A DNA stretch of 64,000 bases from a virus: IMG/VR virus record IMGVR_UViG_3300032289_001637, positions 1 through 64,000 of that record. One strand, written 5' to 3'. The notes beneath the pieces were generated by a model, which was not told the DNA's origin, ran no database searches, and saw only the letters and a list, made by a program, of their open reading frames with translations. Shown in pieces: positions 16,588-24,769 of the stretch (position 1 is the stretch's first letter; every line of letters starts with the position of its first letter). A program made the position numbers and the translations under genes.

Positions 16588-17515
16588 TTACAAAGCCTGT
16601 CGCTATTACAGTTACTAGAATACCATCCTCAAGATCTGTATCTAAAACTGTTCCAAATATGATGTCAGCATCTTCATGTGCTTTTTCTGAAACTAATGAG
16701 GCTATCATGCTTACCTCAGACATTTTTACATCTCCAGAAGATGCAATTGAAATCAAAACTCCAGTTGCACCATTTAAATCTACATCAAGAATAGGACTTG
16801 TAATTGCTTCATTACCTGCAATTGCAGCACGATTATCTCCAGATGCATAACCAATTCCCATAAATGCAGATCCTGCATCTTTCATAACTCTTTTAATATC
16901 TGCAAAGTCAATGTTAATTTGACCAGGAGTTGTTACTAAATCTGATACTGCTGCTATTGCTTTTAGTAAAATGTTATCGGATTCCTTAAAGGCATCTTCC
17001 ATTGATATATCTGAATCTAGCATAGAAATAAGATTTTGATTTGGAACAACAATTAAGGTGTCAACTTCCTTGCTAAAACTATTAATTCCCTCTAAGGCAT
17101 TTATCATACGCTTCTTGCCCTCAAACCCAAATGGCGTAGTTACAATGCCTACAGTTAAAGCTCCAGCCTTTTTAGCAGCCCCAGCCACTATTGGTGCAGA
17201 GCCAGTTCCAGTTCCTCCACCCATTCCAGCCGTTACAAAAACAACGTCAGCACCTGAAACTACTTCAGAAATTTCATGAATACTATCTTTTGCCGAAAGT
17301 CTTCCTATATTTGGATCTGCTCCAGCACCAAGACCGTTAGTTCTATCTCTTCCAATATCAACTTTAACATCTGCCAAACTTGGCATTAATGCTTGAACAT
17401 CAGTATTTATTGCAATAAACTCTACGCCAGATAGACCTGATTTTATCATTCCATCTACAGCGTTAACTCCTCCACCACCACAACCAATGACTCTTATATC
17501 AATTAAATTACTCAT
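16580..17515 (-). CDS. ftsZ: FtsZ (GTPase core only, no C-terminal linker or peptide)
   Basis: GCGGGGVNAV, NTD, GLGAGA, GMGGGTGTG, PFGFEG, INIDFAD, IIFG, VTVIATGF. Confidence 0.95.
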   Translation of the reverse strand: MSNLIDIRVIGCGGGGVNAVDGMIKSGLSGVEFIAINTDVQALMPSLADVKVDIGRDRTNGLGAGADPNIGRLSAKDSIHEISEVVSGADVVFVTAGMGGGTGTGSAPIVAGAAKKAGALTVGIVTTPFGFEGKKRMINALEGINSFSKEVDTLIVVPNQNLISMLDSDISMEDAFKESDNILLKAIAAVSDLVTTPGQINIDFADIKRVMKDAGSAFMGIGYASGDNRAAIAGNEAITSPILDVDLNGATGVLISIASSGDVKMSEVSMIASLVSEKAHEDADIIFGTVLDTDLEDGILVTVIATGFVNE

Positions 17516-17535
17516 ACCTAATTATACCTTAAAAA

Positions 17536-17679
17536 CTATCCTATTTCTTTTCTTAAATCTGCCCACATATTTCTAGTTTCTTCTATCTTAATTATGGCAT
17601 CTAGCACTGTCATTTCCATAAGTTCATCTACATCCATGCCAATTTTTTCTGCAAATTTTATCATCTTTGTTAAAAACAT
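17536..17679 (-). CDS. Small hypothetical protein (47 aa, not in ORF track)
   Basis: TGATG-coupled MFLTKMIKFAEKIGMDV... Confidence 0.5.
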   Translation of the reverse strand: MFLTKMIKFAEKIGMDVDELMEMTVLDAIIKIEETRNMWADLRKEIG

Positions 17680-17897
17680 CAACTAAAACTATCCATTCCA
17701 ATATAAAGAGATTCTGCAAAAGAAGCATTTTCTACTGCCAAGTCAACAATATGACACTTCTTTGATCTATCTCCAAGCTGTCTACTAAGCAAGTAAGAAG
17801 TTAGTGCTTTTGAATATTTAATCACAAACTCATCAACAGTATACATTTTACTTTCATAGATAATTGTTCTTTCATCTTTTACTTCTTTATTTTTCAT
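17679..17897 (-). CDS. Hypothetical protein
   Basis: ORF in a coupled run. Confidence 0.6.
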   Translation of the reverse strand: MKNKEVKDERTIIYESKMYTVDEFVIKYSKALTSYLLSRQLGDRSKKCHIVDLAVENASFAESLYIGMDSFS

Positions 17898-18084
17898 TTA
17901 ACATTGTCCTAACTACTTCAAGAGCCATATCAATACCACCAACTGGTAAACCTAGCTTGGCTCGTTCATCTCTAACATATTCTATCCTATTTTGCACAGA
18001 AAGTAAAGTATTACTTTTAACAAAACTATTAACAGTTTGAAGTTCTTTTACTTGATCTCTATAGTAATAATAATCATCTGACAT
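17887..18084 (-). CDS. Hypothetical protein
   Basis: ORF in a coupled run. Confidence 0.6.
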   Translation of the reverse strand: MSDDYYYYRDQVKELQTVNSFVKSNTLLSVQNRIEYVRDERAKLGLPVGGIDMALEVVRTMLNEK

Positions 18085-18323
18085 TATAGTAAATCATCTG
18101 TTAGGTGCTCAAATTGAGGCAACGGATCAAGGTCTTGGAAAAATGTCATTTGATTATGTGGGGTAGACAAATCATCTTCTTCATAATCATCCCACACTGC
18201 TGTATACATGTCTGCATAATCATAAAGTGGCTTTTCAACTGTATGCAAAATTGCTAACATCTTTGTTGCAAACCAACGCACTATTGGTCCAGCATCTTTT
18301 TCGTGGTGTAGTTCAAATTTCAT
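18084..18323 (-). CDS. Hypothetical protein
   Basis: ORF in a coupled run. Confidence 0.6.
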   Translation of the reverse strand: MKFELHHEKDAGPIVRWFATKMLAILHTVEKPLYDYADMYTAVWDDYEEDDLSTPHNQMTFFQDLDPLPQFEHLTDDLL

Positions 18324-18502
18324 AGCTTCCTCATTCTTATTTTACCATCTGATCTATTTGACTTTATTTTTTGATTCAAATACTCATCTTCATACTTTAA
18401 ATAAAAATGAACAAATAATTTTTCATAGTCTTTTTCATCAAGAGCCCCATGTTCATCTTGATACTCTTTTAACATTTCTTTAATTTTTGCAACTAATGAC
18501 AT
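18320..18502 (-). CDS. Hypothetical protein
   Basis: Start MSLVAK at TAATG. Confidence 0.6.
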   Translation of the reverse strand: MSLVAKIKEMLKEYQDEHGALDEKDYEKLFVHFYLKYEDEYLNQKIKSNRSDGKIRMRKL

Positions 18503-18912
18503 TAGAAATCTCCTGGGGCAACCTGTAAACATGTAAGACCAATTTCTCTCCACATGTCTACTACCTGTTGACGATCATCAATAACACAAAGTACTTCATA
18601 GAATGGGGCAATAGATTGTTTAAATATTTCTTTTTTAATTTCTGCATCTTTTCTATTGTCACCAGCTTTTCTCATATGAAGTTTTATAAAAGGTGGACAG
18701 TTTTTTGTAAGCCATAAATATGTATCAGCAAAGCATGAATCAGGTCTACCAGATAAAAATATAATCTTGTGACCAGATTTCCAAAGTGAATTTACAACTT
18801 CTATAACTTCAGGCTTAGGAGAGTCTGTTAAAACTTTTTTATAATCAAATATATGTCTGTCAGTTTTTTCTGCTACTGTTCCATCAATATCAACAATTAC
18901 TACTTTATACAT
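18502..18912 (-). CDS. HAD phosphatase (T4 PseT 3'-phosphatase-like)
   Basis: VDIDGT, SGR, RKD..IK, IDDR motifs. Confidence 0.85.
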   Translation of the reverse strand: MYKVVIVDIDGTVAEKTDRHIFDYKKVLTDSPKPEVIEVVNSLWKSGHKIIFLSGRPDSCFADTYLWLTKNCPPFIKLHMRKAGDNRKDAEIKKEIFKQSIAPFYEVLCVIDDRQQVVDMWREIGLTCLQVAPGDF

Positions 18913-19190
18913 TAGCTACTCCAAGGATCAATATATTCATGCAGTATTAAAGGAGTTAATTCGCCCATCCAAGCACCCTCACAGTTATACATTATATACT
19001 CATCAGCTTCTTCCCAAGTCATATTATCACGCTCAACAAGAATTTCCATCATCTTAAGAAATGAATATGTTGCAAGTGTTGGCTGACCACATCTATTAGA
19101 AAGACCTACAAAAGCTTCTTCAAAGCCATCCATAACCATAATTTCTTCATCTGAATGAGATAAAAATTTTTCTAATTCTTCTTTATTCAT
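18912..19190 (-). CDS. Phage hypothetical protein
   Basis: DGFEEAFVG...YN..GAWMGE.TP pattern. Confidence 0.7.
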   Translation of the reverse strand: MNKEELEKFLSHSDEEIMVMDGFEEAFVGLSNRCGQPTLATYSFLKMMEILVERDNMTWEEADEYIMYNCEGAWMGELTPLILHEYIDPWSS

Positions 19191-19342
19191 TACCAACCTC
19201 CAATGCAATCATTTGAGTGTGTATGCAGCCAAAAATTACCTTCCATATGTTTTTTAGTTGGTGCATATAATTCCGTTCCACAAGCACGACATTCATGATA
19301 CCATTCTTCCGCAAAAAAGTCAAACTGAAATCCTTTAGCCAT
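19190..19342 (-). CDS. Small Zn-finger-like protein (50 aa, not in ORF track)
   Basis: CRAC...H...HTH...C. Confidence 0.55.
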   Translation of the reverse strand: MAKGFQFDFFAEEWYHECRACGTELYAPTKKHMEGNFWLHTHSNDCIGGW

Positions 19343-19604
19343 CGTAAATTACATAACTTATGCTAGAAGAATCATTTGTATCAAGCATCTTTTGTTCTTT
19401 CATCTTTGTTCTTGCAGCATCTTCTGCATCTTCTCTTGAAGTAAACTTAATATTTTTTAGTCCACAAGGAACCTTTTCCCATTCGTTAACAGAAATTCTT
19501 CTTTGCACAGAAGCTTTCCAAAATGTTCTGTTTTTGTTTAAACTTATTACTGCACGATACTGATGTTCATTTACATTTTTTGAATCTTTTTTTATTCTAA
19601 ACAC
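19335..19604 (-). CDS. Hypothetical basic protein (AP2-like pattern)
   Basis: W.A.V...FTSREDAEDAA; GGAGG SD. Confidence 0.6.
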   Translation of the reverse strand: MFRIKKDSKNVNEHQYRAVISLNKNRTFWKASVQRRISVNEWEKVPCGLKNIKFTSREDAEDAARTKMKEQKMLDTNDSSSISYVIYDG

Positions 19605-19605
19605 T

Positions 19606-19779
19606 TTATCCTCCTGTACTATAGAAGCCTTTTCCTTTAAAGGCTATCCCTCCAACACTAAAAACTCTTTTAATGTTGCTACCGCAATCTGGACAATTTT
19701 CTGGATCAGGATCATTCATTCCTTTAAACAAATCTTTATTGTCCTCGCACTTTTCACATGCATATAAATATACTGGCAT
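19606..19779 (-). CDS. FmdB family Zn-ribbon protein (57 aa, not in ORF track)
   Basis: MPVYLYACEKC...CPDCG...FKGKGFYST; TTGACA-17-TAGAGT-6 nt-ATG. Confidence 0.85.
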   Translation of the reverse strand: MPVYLYACEKCEDNKDLFKGMNDPDPENCPDCGSNIKRVFSVGGIAFKGKGFYSTGG

Positions 19780-19823
19780 TAATATACTCTACCAAACTTT
19801 TTGTATTTTGTCAATATTGAAAC

Positions 19824-19841
19824 GTCCCCCTTTCGGGGGAC
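19824..19841 (-). terminator. Hairpin terminator after ssb
   Basis: GTCCCCC-GAAA-GGGGGAC. Confidence 0.65.
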
Positions 19842-19847
19842 ATCCAA

Positions 19848-20258
19848 CTAAGCCCAGGGATCAGGCTCTTCTGCTCCAACTGAAACTGTTGAGTTTGAAA
19901 CATTGTTAGTTTTATTAAATGTTCCAGACTTAATTGATAAAGATGCACCAACATCAGTTGCATCAATCTCAAAGGCATTGCCCTTAGTTCCGTCTTTTCT
20001 GTCAAATTCACGGTACTTTAACTTACCATGAACGATTACTTTATTTCCTTTTGAAAGATTAGATGAGACATTTTCTGCCAGAGTTCTCCAACATACAACA
20101 TCATAAAATGCCGTGTCCCCATCTTTCCAAGTTCCATCAGAATCTTGGAATCTTTCTGTGCTTGCAATGCGAAGCTTTGCAAGAACCTTTCCTGATCCAA
20201 GATCCTTCTTTTCTGGATCTTTTACCAGGTTTCCTATTACCGTAATTGTTGTAGCCAT
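19848..20258 (-). CDS. ssb: Single-stranded DNA-binding protein (actinobacterial type)
   Basis: ITVIGNL..DPE, W..LAENV..L.KG..V.V.G.L; acidic DPW tail. Confidence 0.9.
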   Translation of the reverse strand: MATTITVIGNLVKDPEKKDLGSGKVLAKLRIASTERFQDSDGTWKDGDTAFYDVVCWRTLAENVSSNLSKGNKVIVHGKLKYREFDRKDGTKGNAFEIDATDVGASLSIKSGTFNKTNNVSNSTVSVGAEEPDPWA

Positions 20259-20267
20259 TTTTACTCC

Positions 20268-20522
20268 TTATAGCTGTCTTTCATCATTATACTTTATATC
20301 TAGAATTGGGTCAAGTGTCACATTCGCACCTAAAGATTCTAAGATATTTTTTACTCTCGTCATATACTGTATACAACGAAGCCTTTCGTTGTCATTTAAA
20401 TGTCTCCAATGGCTTTCATAAAATTGGATAGCAAGAAAATGATTATAGTCTACAATTGCTATTTCAAAATCTTTTGGAGGCTTTACGCTTCTAATAGCAT
20501 GTCTCATGTTATCTGTATACAT
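20268..20522 (-). CDS. Hypothetical protein
   Basis: 84-aa ORF. Confidence 0.7.
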   Translation of the reverse strand: MYTDNMRHAIRSVKPPKDFEIAIVDYNHFLAIQFYESHWRHLNDNERLRCIQYMTRVKNILESLGANVTLDPILDIKYNDERQL

Positions 20523-20803
20523 TAGTCACTCTCCATTGTAATTGCAGACCAGATATCAAACCAATTAGTCTTTTCTTTATGACTATTAAATTCTTTAGAT
20601 ATCTTTCCGCCCTCCAAATAAACGCCACCCCAAACACCCCATTCAGCATTACTAACTCCATATGCTAAACATTGTCTTTGTACTGGACACCTTATACACA
20701 AAAGATCTACCTTTTTTGAAACTTCTGGATTTTCTTCATATTGATCAAAGAAAAGATTTGTATCCATATTAAGGCATAGAGCTTTTTCATCAAACTTGTA
20801 CAT
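20522..20803 (-). CDS. whiB: WhiB family Fe-S transcription factor
   Basis: C...FF...CxxCPV...C...GVWGG. Confidence 0.9.
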   Translation of the reverse strand: MYKFDEKALCLNMDTNLFFDQYEENPEVSKKVDLLCIRCPVQRQCLAYGVSNAEWGVWGGVYLEGGKISKEFNSHKEKTNWFDIWSAITMESD

Positions 20804-21017
20804 TGCCCTTCCTTAATATAGCATCTGGAATATCCCAAACACCACCAGTATTTTCAAACACAACTTTTTTGTGCCAACTAGAATCAATAAAGGCTGCGTT
20901 CTTTTTTAGACTAGCATCCTGATCTTTTTCAAGATATATAACATTCCAACCATCCCATGTTAATGATGGATTTCCACTTACAATTGATTCCATTTTATTT
21001 AAATCAGATATTTTCAT
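20790..21017 (-). CDS. Hypothetical protein
   Basis: MKISDL start, WDGW motif. Confidence 0.65.
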   Translation of the reverse strand: MKISDLNKMESIVSGNPSLTWDGWNVIYLEKDQDASLKKNAAFIDSSWHKKVVFENTGGVWDIPDAILRKGNVQV

Positions 21018-21267
21018 TGGTACGTCTTTCTGCATTAATAATTACTGTTAAAATTGTAACAATAAATTGAAATATAAACATTAAAATAAATCCTATTTGA
21101 TCTGTAGCAAGACCATACCATAGGGTAACTATTTGATACACCATCCAAGATGCTACCATAAACGCCACCTTTGTAACACTTGTTTTTAATGTTACTGCTA
21201 AAAGCATTGACAAATAAAATAAACTATAAGATGCAAAAATTATTAAAGACCAGATTGTTAAACTCAT
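21004..21267 (-). CDS. Small 3-TM membrane protein
   Basis: Hydrophobic throughout. Confidence 0.65.
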   Translation of the reverse strand: MSLTIWSLIIFASYSLFYLSMLLAVTLKTSVTKVAFMVASWMVYQIVTLWYGLATDQIGFILMFIFQFIVTILTVIINAERRTNENI

Positions 21268-21618
21268 TTAATACCTAAATATCCCCATCTCAACACCTTC
21301 TTGATGTTCCATGTATGTAGCAAATTTTGACAATGGCTCTTTTGGTAAACTAAAATATGCATAGTATGTTACATGCTCAATATTTTGTCTGACCCATTGT
21401 TCATTTATTTTAGAAAAAGAAACTTTGAATCCTTTTTGCTTTAAATAGTTTTCTGCAGAATTACAAAACGCTGCGGTAAAATTATTAATCTTGTGTGGTC
21501 CAAGACTCCAAACTTGTATTTGATTATTATCATTTGGAGTTGACAAAGCTACTGTCATTGCTCTCATAAATATTTCATAATCAGAGAACTCTTTTGTCCC
21601 CTCAACTACAATAACCAT
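21268..21618 (-). CDS. SLOG/YspA-like protein
   Basis: IVVEGTKEFSDY N-terminus; TTGACA-17-TATAAT promoter at 21644-21672. Confidence 0.55.
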   Translation of the reverse strand: MVIVVEGTKEFSDYEIFMRAMTVALSTPNDNNQIQVWSLGPHKINNFTAAFCNSAENYLKQKGFKVSFSKINEQWVRQNIEHVTYYAYFSLPKEPLSKFATYMEHQEGVEMGIFRY

Positions 21619-21679
21619 CGTAAATCCTTTTCTATTAAATACTATTATACATTTTTATTTGGATAATGTCAACTTTAAA

Positions 21680-22042
21680 CTAGCTACTTATAGTATCAAT
21701 TATTGAAAGAAGGTTGTTTACTTCTTTTTCAGAAAGGTCAAATACGTTTACCCTTTCAGCATTTTCGTTAAGAATTCTTCCATCTTTACTGACATTTGCA
21801 GTATATAGAATGTTGTCTATAACCCAATACGCACTATTATCTTGGATTGCCACCCTTACAGTATTTTCATCTAAAACTTTACGCATTTGACTTTTTTTAG
21901 AAAATCCTTTAAATGATACGGAAAAATCTTCTTCTATATTTTCTTTAACTATAGAGTTAATTATTACAATTAAGTTTACTGCAAAAAAGTTTATAGCAAT
22001 TAAACATGCCGATATTCTTTCCAAGGGAGATAGTTTTTTCAT
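21680..22042 (-). CDS. Hypothetical membrane-anchored protein
   Basis: N-terminal hydrophobic helix. Confidence 0.65.
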   Translation of the reverse strand: MKKLSPLERISACLIAINFFAVNLIVIINSIVKENIEEDFSVSFKGFSKKSQMRKVLDENTVRVAIQDNSAYWVIDNILYTANVSKDGRILNENAERVNVFDLSEKEVNNLLSIIDTISS

Positions 22043-22053
22043 ATAGCCTCCAA

Positions 22054-23370
22054 TTATTTATAAAAAGAAAACGGTGAGTCTTTCCAAGTATCATCTGATT
22101 TAGATGCTCTTGCATTTTGAATTGCCTTCCACTTTTGTGTTGACCAAGCAAAGCCAGAATCTCCACCCCAAAGTAGCCATGCTATTTTTCCATTTGATGG
22201 ACGTTCTGCATTATCCCAGTCCTTGCCTTTTTTATCTACTTCATGTCTAGAAAAGAAAGAGTACATTCTTGCAACAGTTTCAGGACTTAAGTCTCTACCA
22301 TTAACTAAATCACGAGCACGAGCAACTCCTACTGCAGTTCCACCTCTACCAAACTTTGCTCTAAGTTCAAGACCTCTTCTAGCATTGTTAGCCATAGACT
22401 CGGTTGGTTTTAGATCAATATCAGAAACGTCTCTCTTTTCTACATCGTATCCTTTTCTTTTAGATTTTGGCTTCCATTCTTCTGGAAGCAAATCTGTTCT
22501 ACCAAGTGCTTCTGCTCTTCTTATAATGTGATTACGAGCCCTTGCATAATTTGATGCACGACCAACTGCCTGGACTGCATTACTTAGATCTGCTGCAGTA
22601 ACAATTGGAAAAGATCCATCTGGCAAAGCCATATCTCTACGAGCTAACATCTGTCTTTCTTTATCAGAATAATCTTTTTTACCCATTGAATGTTGTGGGC
22701 AATTTTTGTCATTGCAATCTTCCATTGAATGAGGTCTTGTATTTGGAACATCATCATTGCCAATAACGCCATCTTCTGATTTTGAAGTTGATACTCTTAA
22801 AGTGTCTACTCTGTGACCAACCAAAGTTTCTGTTGGCTTTCCATCTCTATAAATTCTAATAAGTGCTGCTGGATTATCTGGGGTTCCTGTAATTGTAAAA
22901 TCAGAATTAGGAACATTGATAGAACCATTTCTAACAACTCTTACAACTTTTCCTCTTGCAGTACCACCGCTAGAGTTCCAAGAAACCATTTGACCAACTC
23001 TAACTGAATCAGCTTTTGACATTTCAGGAATCATTTCCATAAATTCTTCTCCAGAATTTTTCATGTCAGCATTTACATAACCATCTGGAATTACTGCAAG
23101 TCTGCAAGCACCCTCTTCTTCAATTTGCTGTGAGATAATTGCACAAGAAACTGCAGATTTATGAAGTGCACAGTTTCCACACTTAACACCAATAGAAGCA
23201 TTTTGATTTGTAGAACCATCTTCATAACCAATCCAAATGCCTTCTGACTGATCTAGTGGTCCAAGTTCTTCTGTTAATTTTAATAATGAATCTGCAAAGG
23301 CTTTTTCATCTTCTGAAAGCATGTTATAAAGGGGTTCGCCTTCCCATTCTGCTGACTTAATAATATCCAT
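22054..23370 (-). CDS. Multidomain phage protein (HiPIP-like Cys domain, Tudor/SH3-like domain, two further domains)
   Basis: CGNC..C..G.C; VGQMVSW..G.ARGKV; ALPDGSFPI; RMYSFFSRH..WLLWGG. Confidence 0.7.
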   Translation of the reverse strand: MDIIKSAEWEGEPLYNMLSEDEKAFADSLLKLTEELGPLDQSEGIWIGYEDGSTNQNASIGVKCGNCALHKSAVSCAIISQQIEEEGACRLAVIPDGYVNADMKNSGEEFMEMIPEMSKADSVRVGQMVSWNSSGGTARGKVVRVVRNGSINVPNSDFTITGTPDNPAALIRIYRDGKPTETLVGHRVDTLRVSTSKSEDGVIGNDDVPNTRPHSMEDCNDKNCPQHSMGKKDYSDKERQMLARRDMALPDGSFPIVTAADLSNAVQAVGRASNYARARNHIIRRAEALGRTDLLPEEWKPKSKRKGYDVEKRDVSDIDLKPTESMANNARRGLELRAKFGRGGTAVGVARARDLVNGRDLSPETVARMYSFFSRHEVDKKGKDWDNAERPSNGKIAWLLWGGDSGFAWSTQKWKAIQNARASKSDDTWKDSPFSFYK

Positions 23371-23385
23371 AACTACTATTATATC

Positions 23386-23745
23386 TTATCTTTGCTCATA
23401 ATGTGCTAACAATGTTTCAAGAAAAAATCTTTCATCATCAGTAAAATTATTTATATTTTCTTTTATTGAGTCTACTTGTTCTGGAGTTACTCCAACAATT
23501 GTCTGCCCCTCAGTAAATACTATATCTATTACATCTTGCATCCAAAGACTTGATGCTAATTCTCCAACAGCTTCATAGTGTGCATAATATAATTCTGGAT
23601 AAAGCTCTTTACACTTTGAAGTAACCTTGTATGTAAACTGATCTGATATAGAATCATACCCCATAATTTCCATAGCACCTATTTCAATTAGATACTCAAT
23701 CATTTCAGATAACTCTTGATTATCAATATCCTCATTATCTTCCAT
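23386..23745 (-). CDS. Acidic hypothetical protein
   Basis: 119-aa ORF. Confidence 0.7.
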   Translation of the reverse strand: MEDNEDIDNQELSEMIEYLIEIGAMEIMGYDSISDQFTYKVTSKCKELYPELYYAHYEAVGELASSLWMQDVIDIVFTEGQTIVGVTPEQVDSIKENINNFTDDERFFLETLLAHYEQR

Positions 23746-24766
23746 GGGGTAATGACTCCTTTACAGATAGTGGTGACACTCTTGTATACATAGAATCTTT
23801 ATACAGTTCATGAAGAAAGTCAACTCCAGAGTAAGAGCAGCCACTTCCAAGCCCACCTTTAATGTCTTTAATTACATCCTTTACAGATCCTTTATAAGCA
23901 ATCTTTGTAGATATTCCTTCTGCAACTGCAATGTCTTTATCTTTGTTCGCTTCTTTACTAGCCATTCCTCTAAAAGATTTAAATTTCTTATCCCCCTCAA
24001 AGTATAGATCTCCAGGAGACTCTTCAGTACCTGCCAACATTGATCCTAGCATTACAGCATCTGCTCCTGCAGCAAAAGCTTTTACCATATCTCCAGTACT
24101 TCTAATTCCACCATCTGCTATGATTCCAGCATTTAAGTTAAACTTATCTTTTGCTTCTCGGATGTTTATAATTGAAGATAGTGTTGGAATACCATGTCCA
24201 GATACTATTCTTGTAGTGCACATGCTACCCCCACCAATGCCTACTCTAATAGAATCTGCACCTGCAATATCTAGGGCTATAAATCCCTCTATGGTAGAAA
24301 CATTTCCAGCCATAATATGAACAGAATTTCCTACAATATTTTTAAGCCTAGCAACTGCATCAATAGCCATCTTACTATGACCATTTGCAGTGTCAACTAA
24401 TAGCATAGAGGCTCCTGCCAAAATAAGCTTTTCTACATGCTCCTGAATAAATGTAGAAGATAGTGCTGCACCAACAGGCAGTTTTAGATCGCTGTGATTA
24501 TAAACTTCTTCAACCATTTTTATTTGATTTTTTGCAGACATGAATCTATGAATAATTCCAATTCCACCAGACTCTGCCATAGCAATAGCCATATCTCTTT
24601 CGCATACTGTATCCATTGGGGAAGCAATTACGGGTAAGTTTAGCAATAAGCTTCCACCAATAGGCATAGCAGTATCTACAGAACTTCTACTAACAACTTC
24701 TGAATATTGTGGAACCATTAATATATCATCAAAGCAAATATAGTTATTTGCTAAATATTCTTTCAT
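23735..24766 (-). CDS. guaB: IMP dehydrogenase / GMP reductase family (no CBS domains)
   Basis: SPMDTV, GIIHRF, GIGGGSMCTTR, IADGGI, FRGMAS, AEG. Confidence 0.88.
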   Translation of the reverse strand: MKEYLANNYICFDDILMVPQYSEVVSRSSVDTAMPIGGSLLLNLPVIASPMDTVCERDMAIAMAESGGIGIIHRFMSAKNQIKMVEEVYNHSDLKLPVGAALSSTFIQEHVEKLILAGASMLLVDTANGHSKMAIDAVARLKNIVGNSVHIMAGNVSTIEGFIALDIAGADSIRVGIGGGSMCTTRIVSGHGIPTLSSIINIREAKDKFNLNAGIIADGGIRSTGDMVKAFAAGADAVMLGSMLAGTEESPGDLYFEGDKKFKSFRGMASKEANKDKDIAVAEGISTKIAYKGSVKDVIKDIKGGLGSGCSYSGVDFLHELYKDSMYTRVSPLSVKESLPHGR

Positions 24767-24769
24767 AGA

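Noticed and set aside
16580-17515. PhuZ spindle / nucleus-forming jumbo phage
   Set aside because: The protein resembles canonical bacterial FtsZ, and no shell protein or phage multisubunit RNA polymerase is recognisable in this window.
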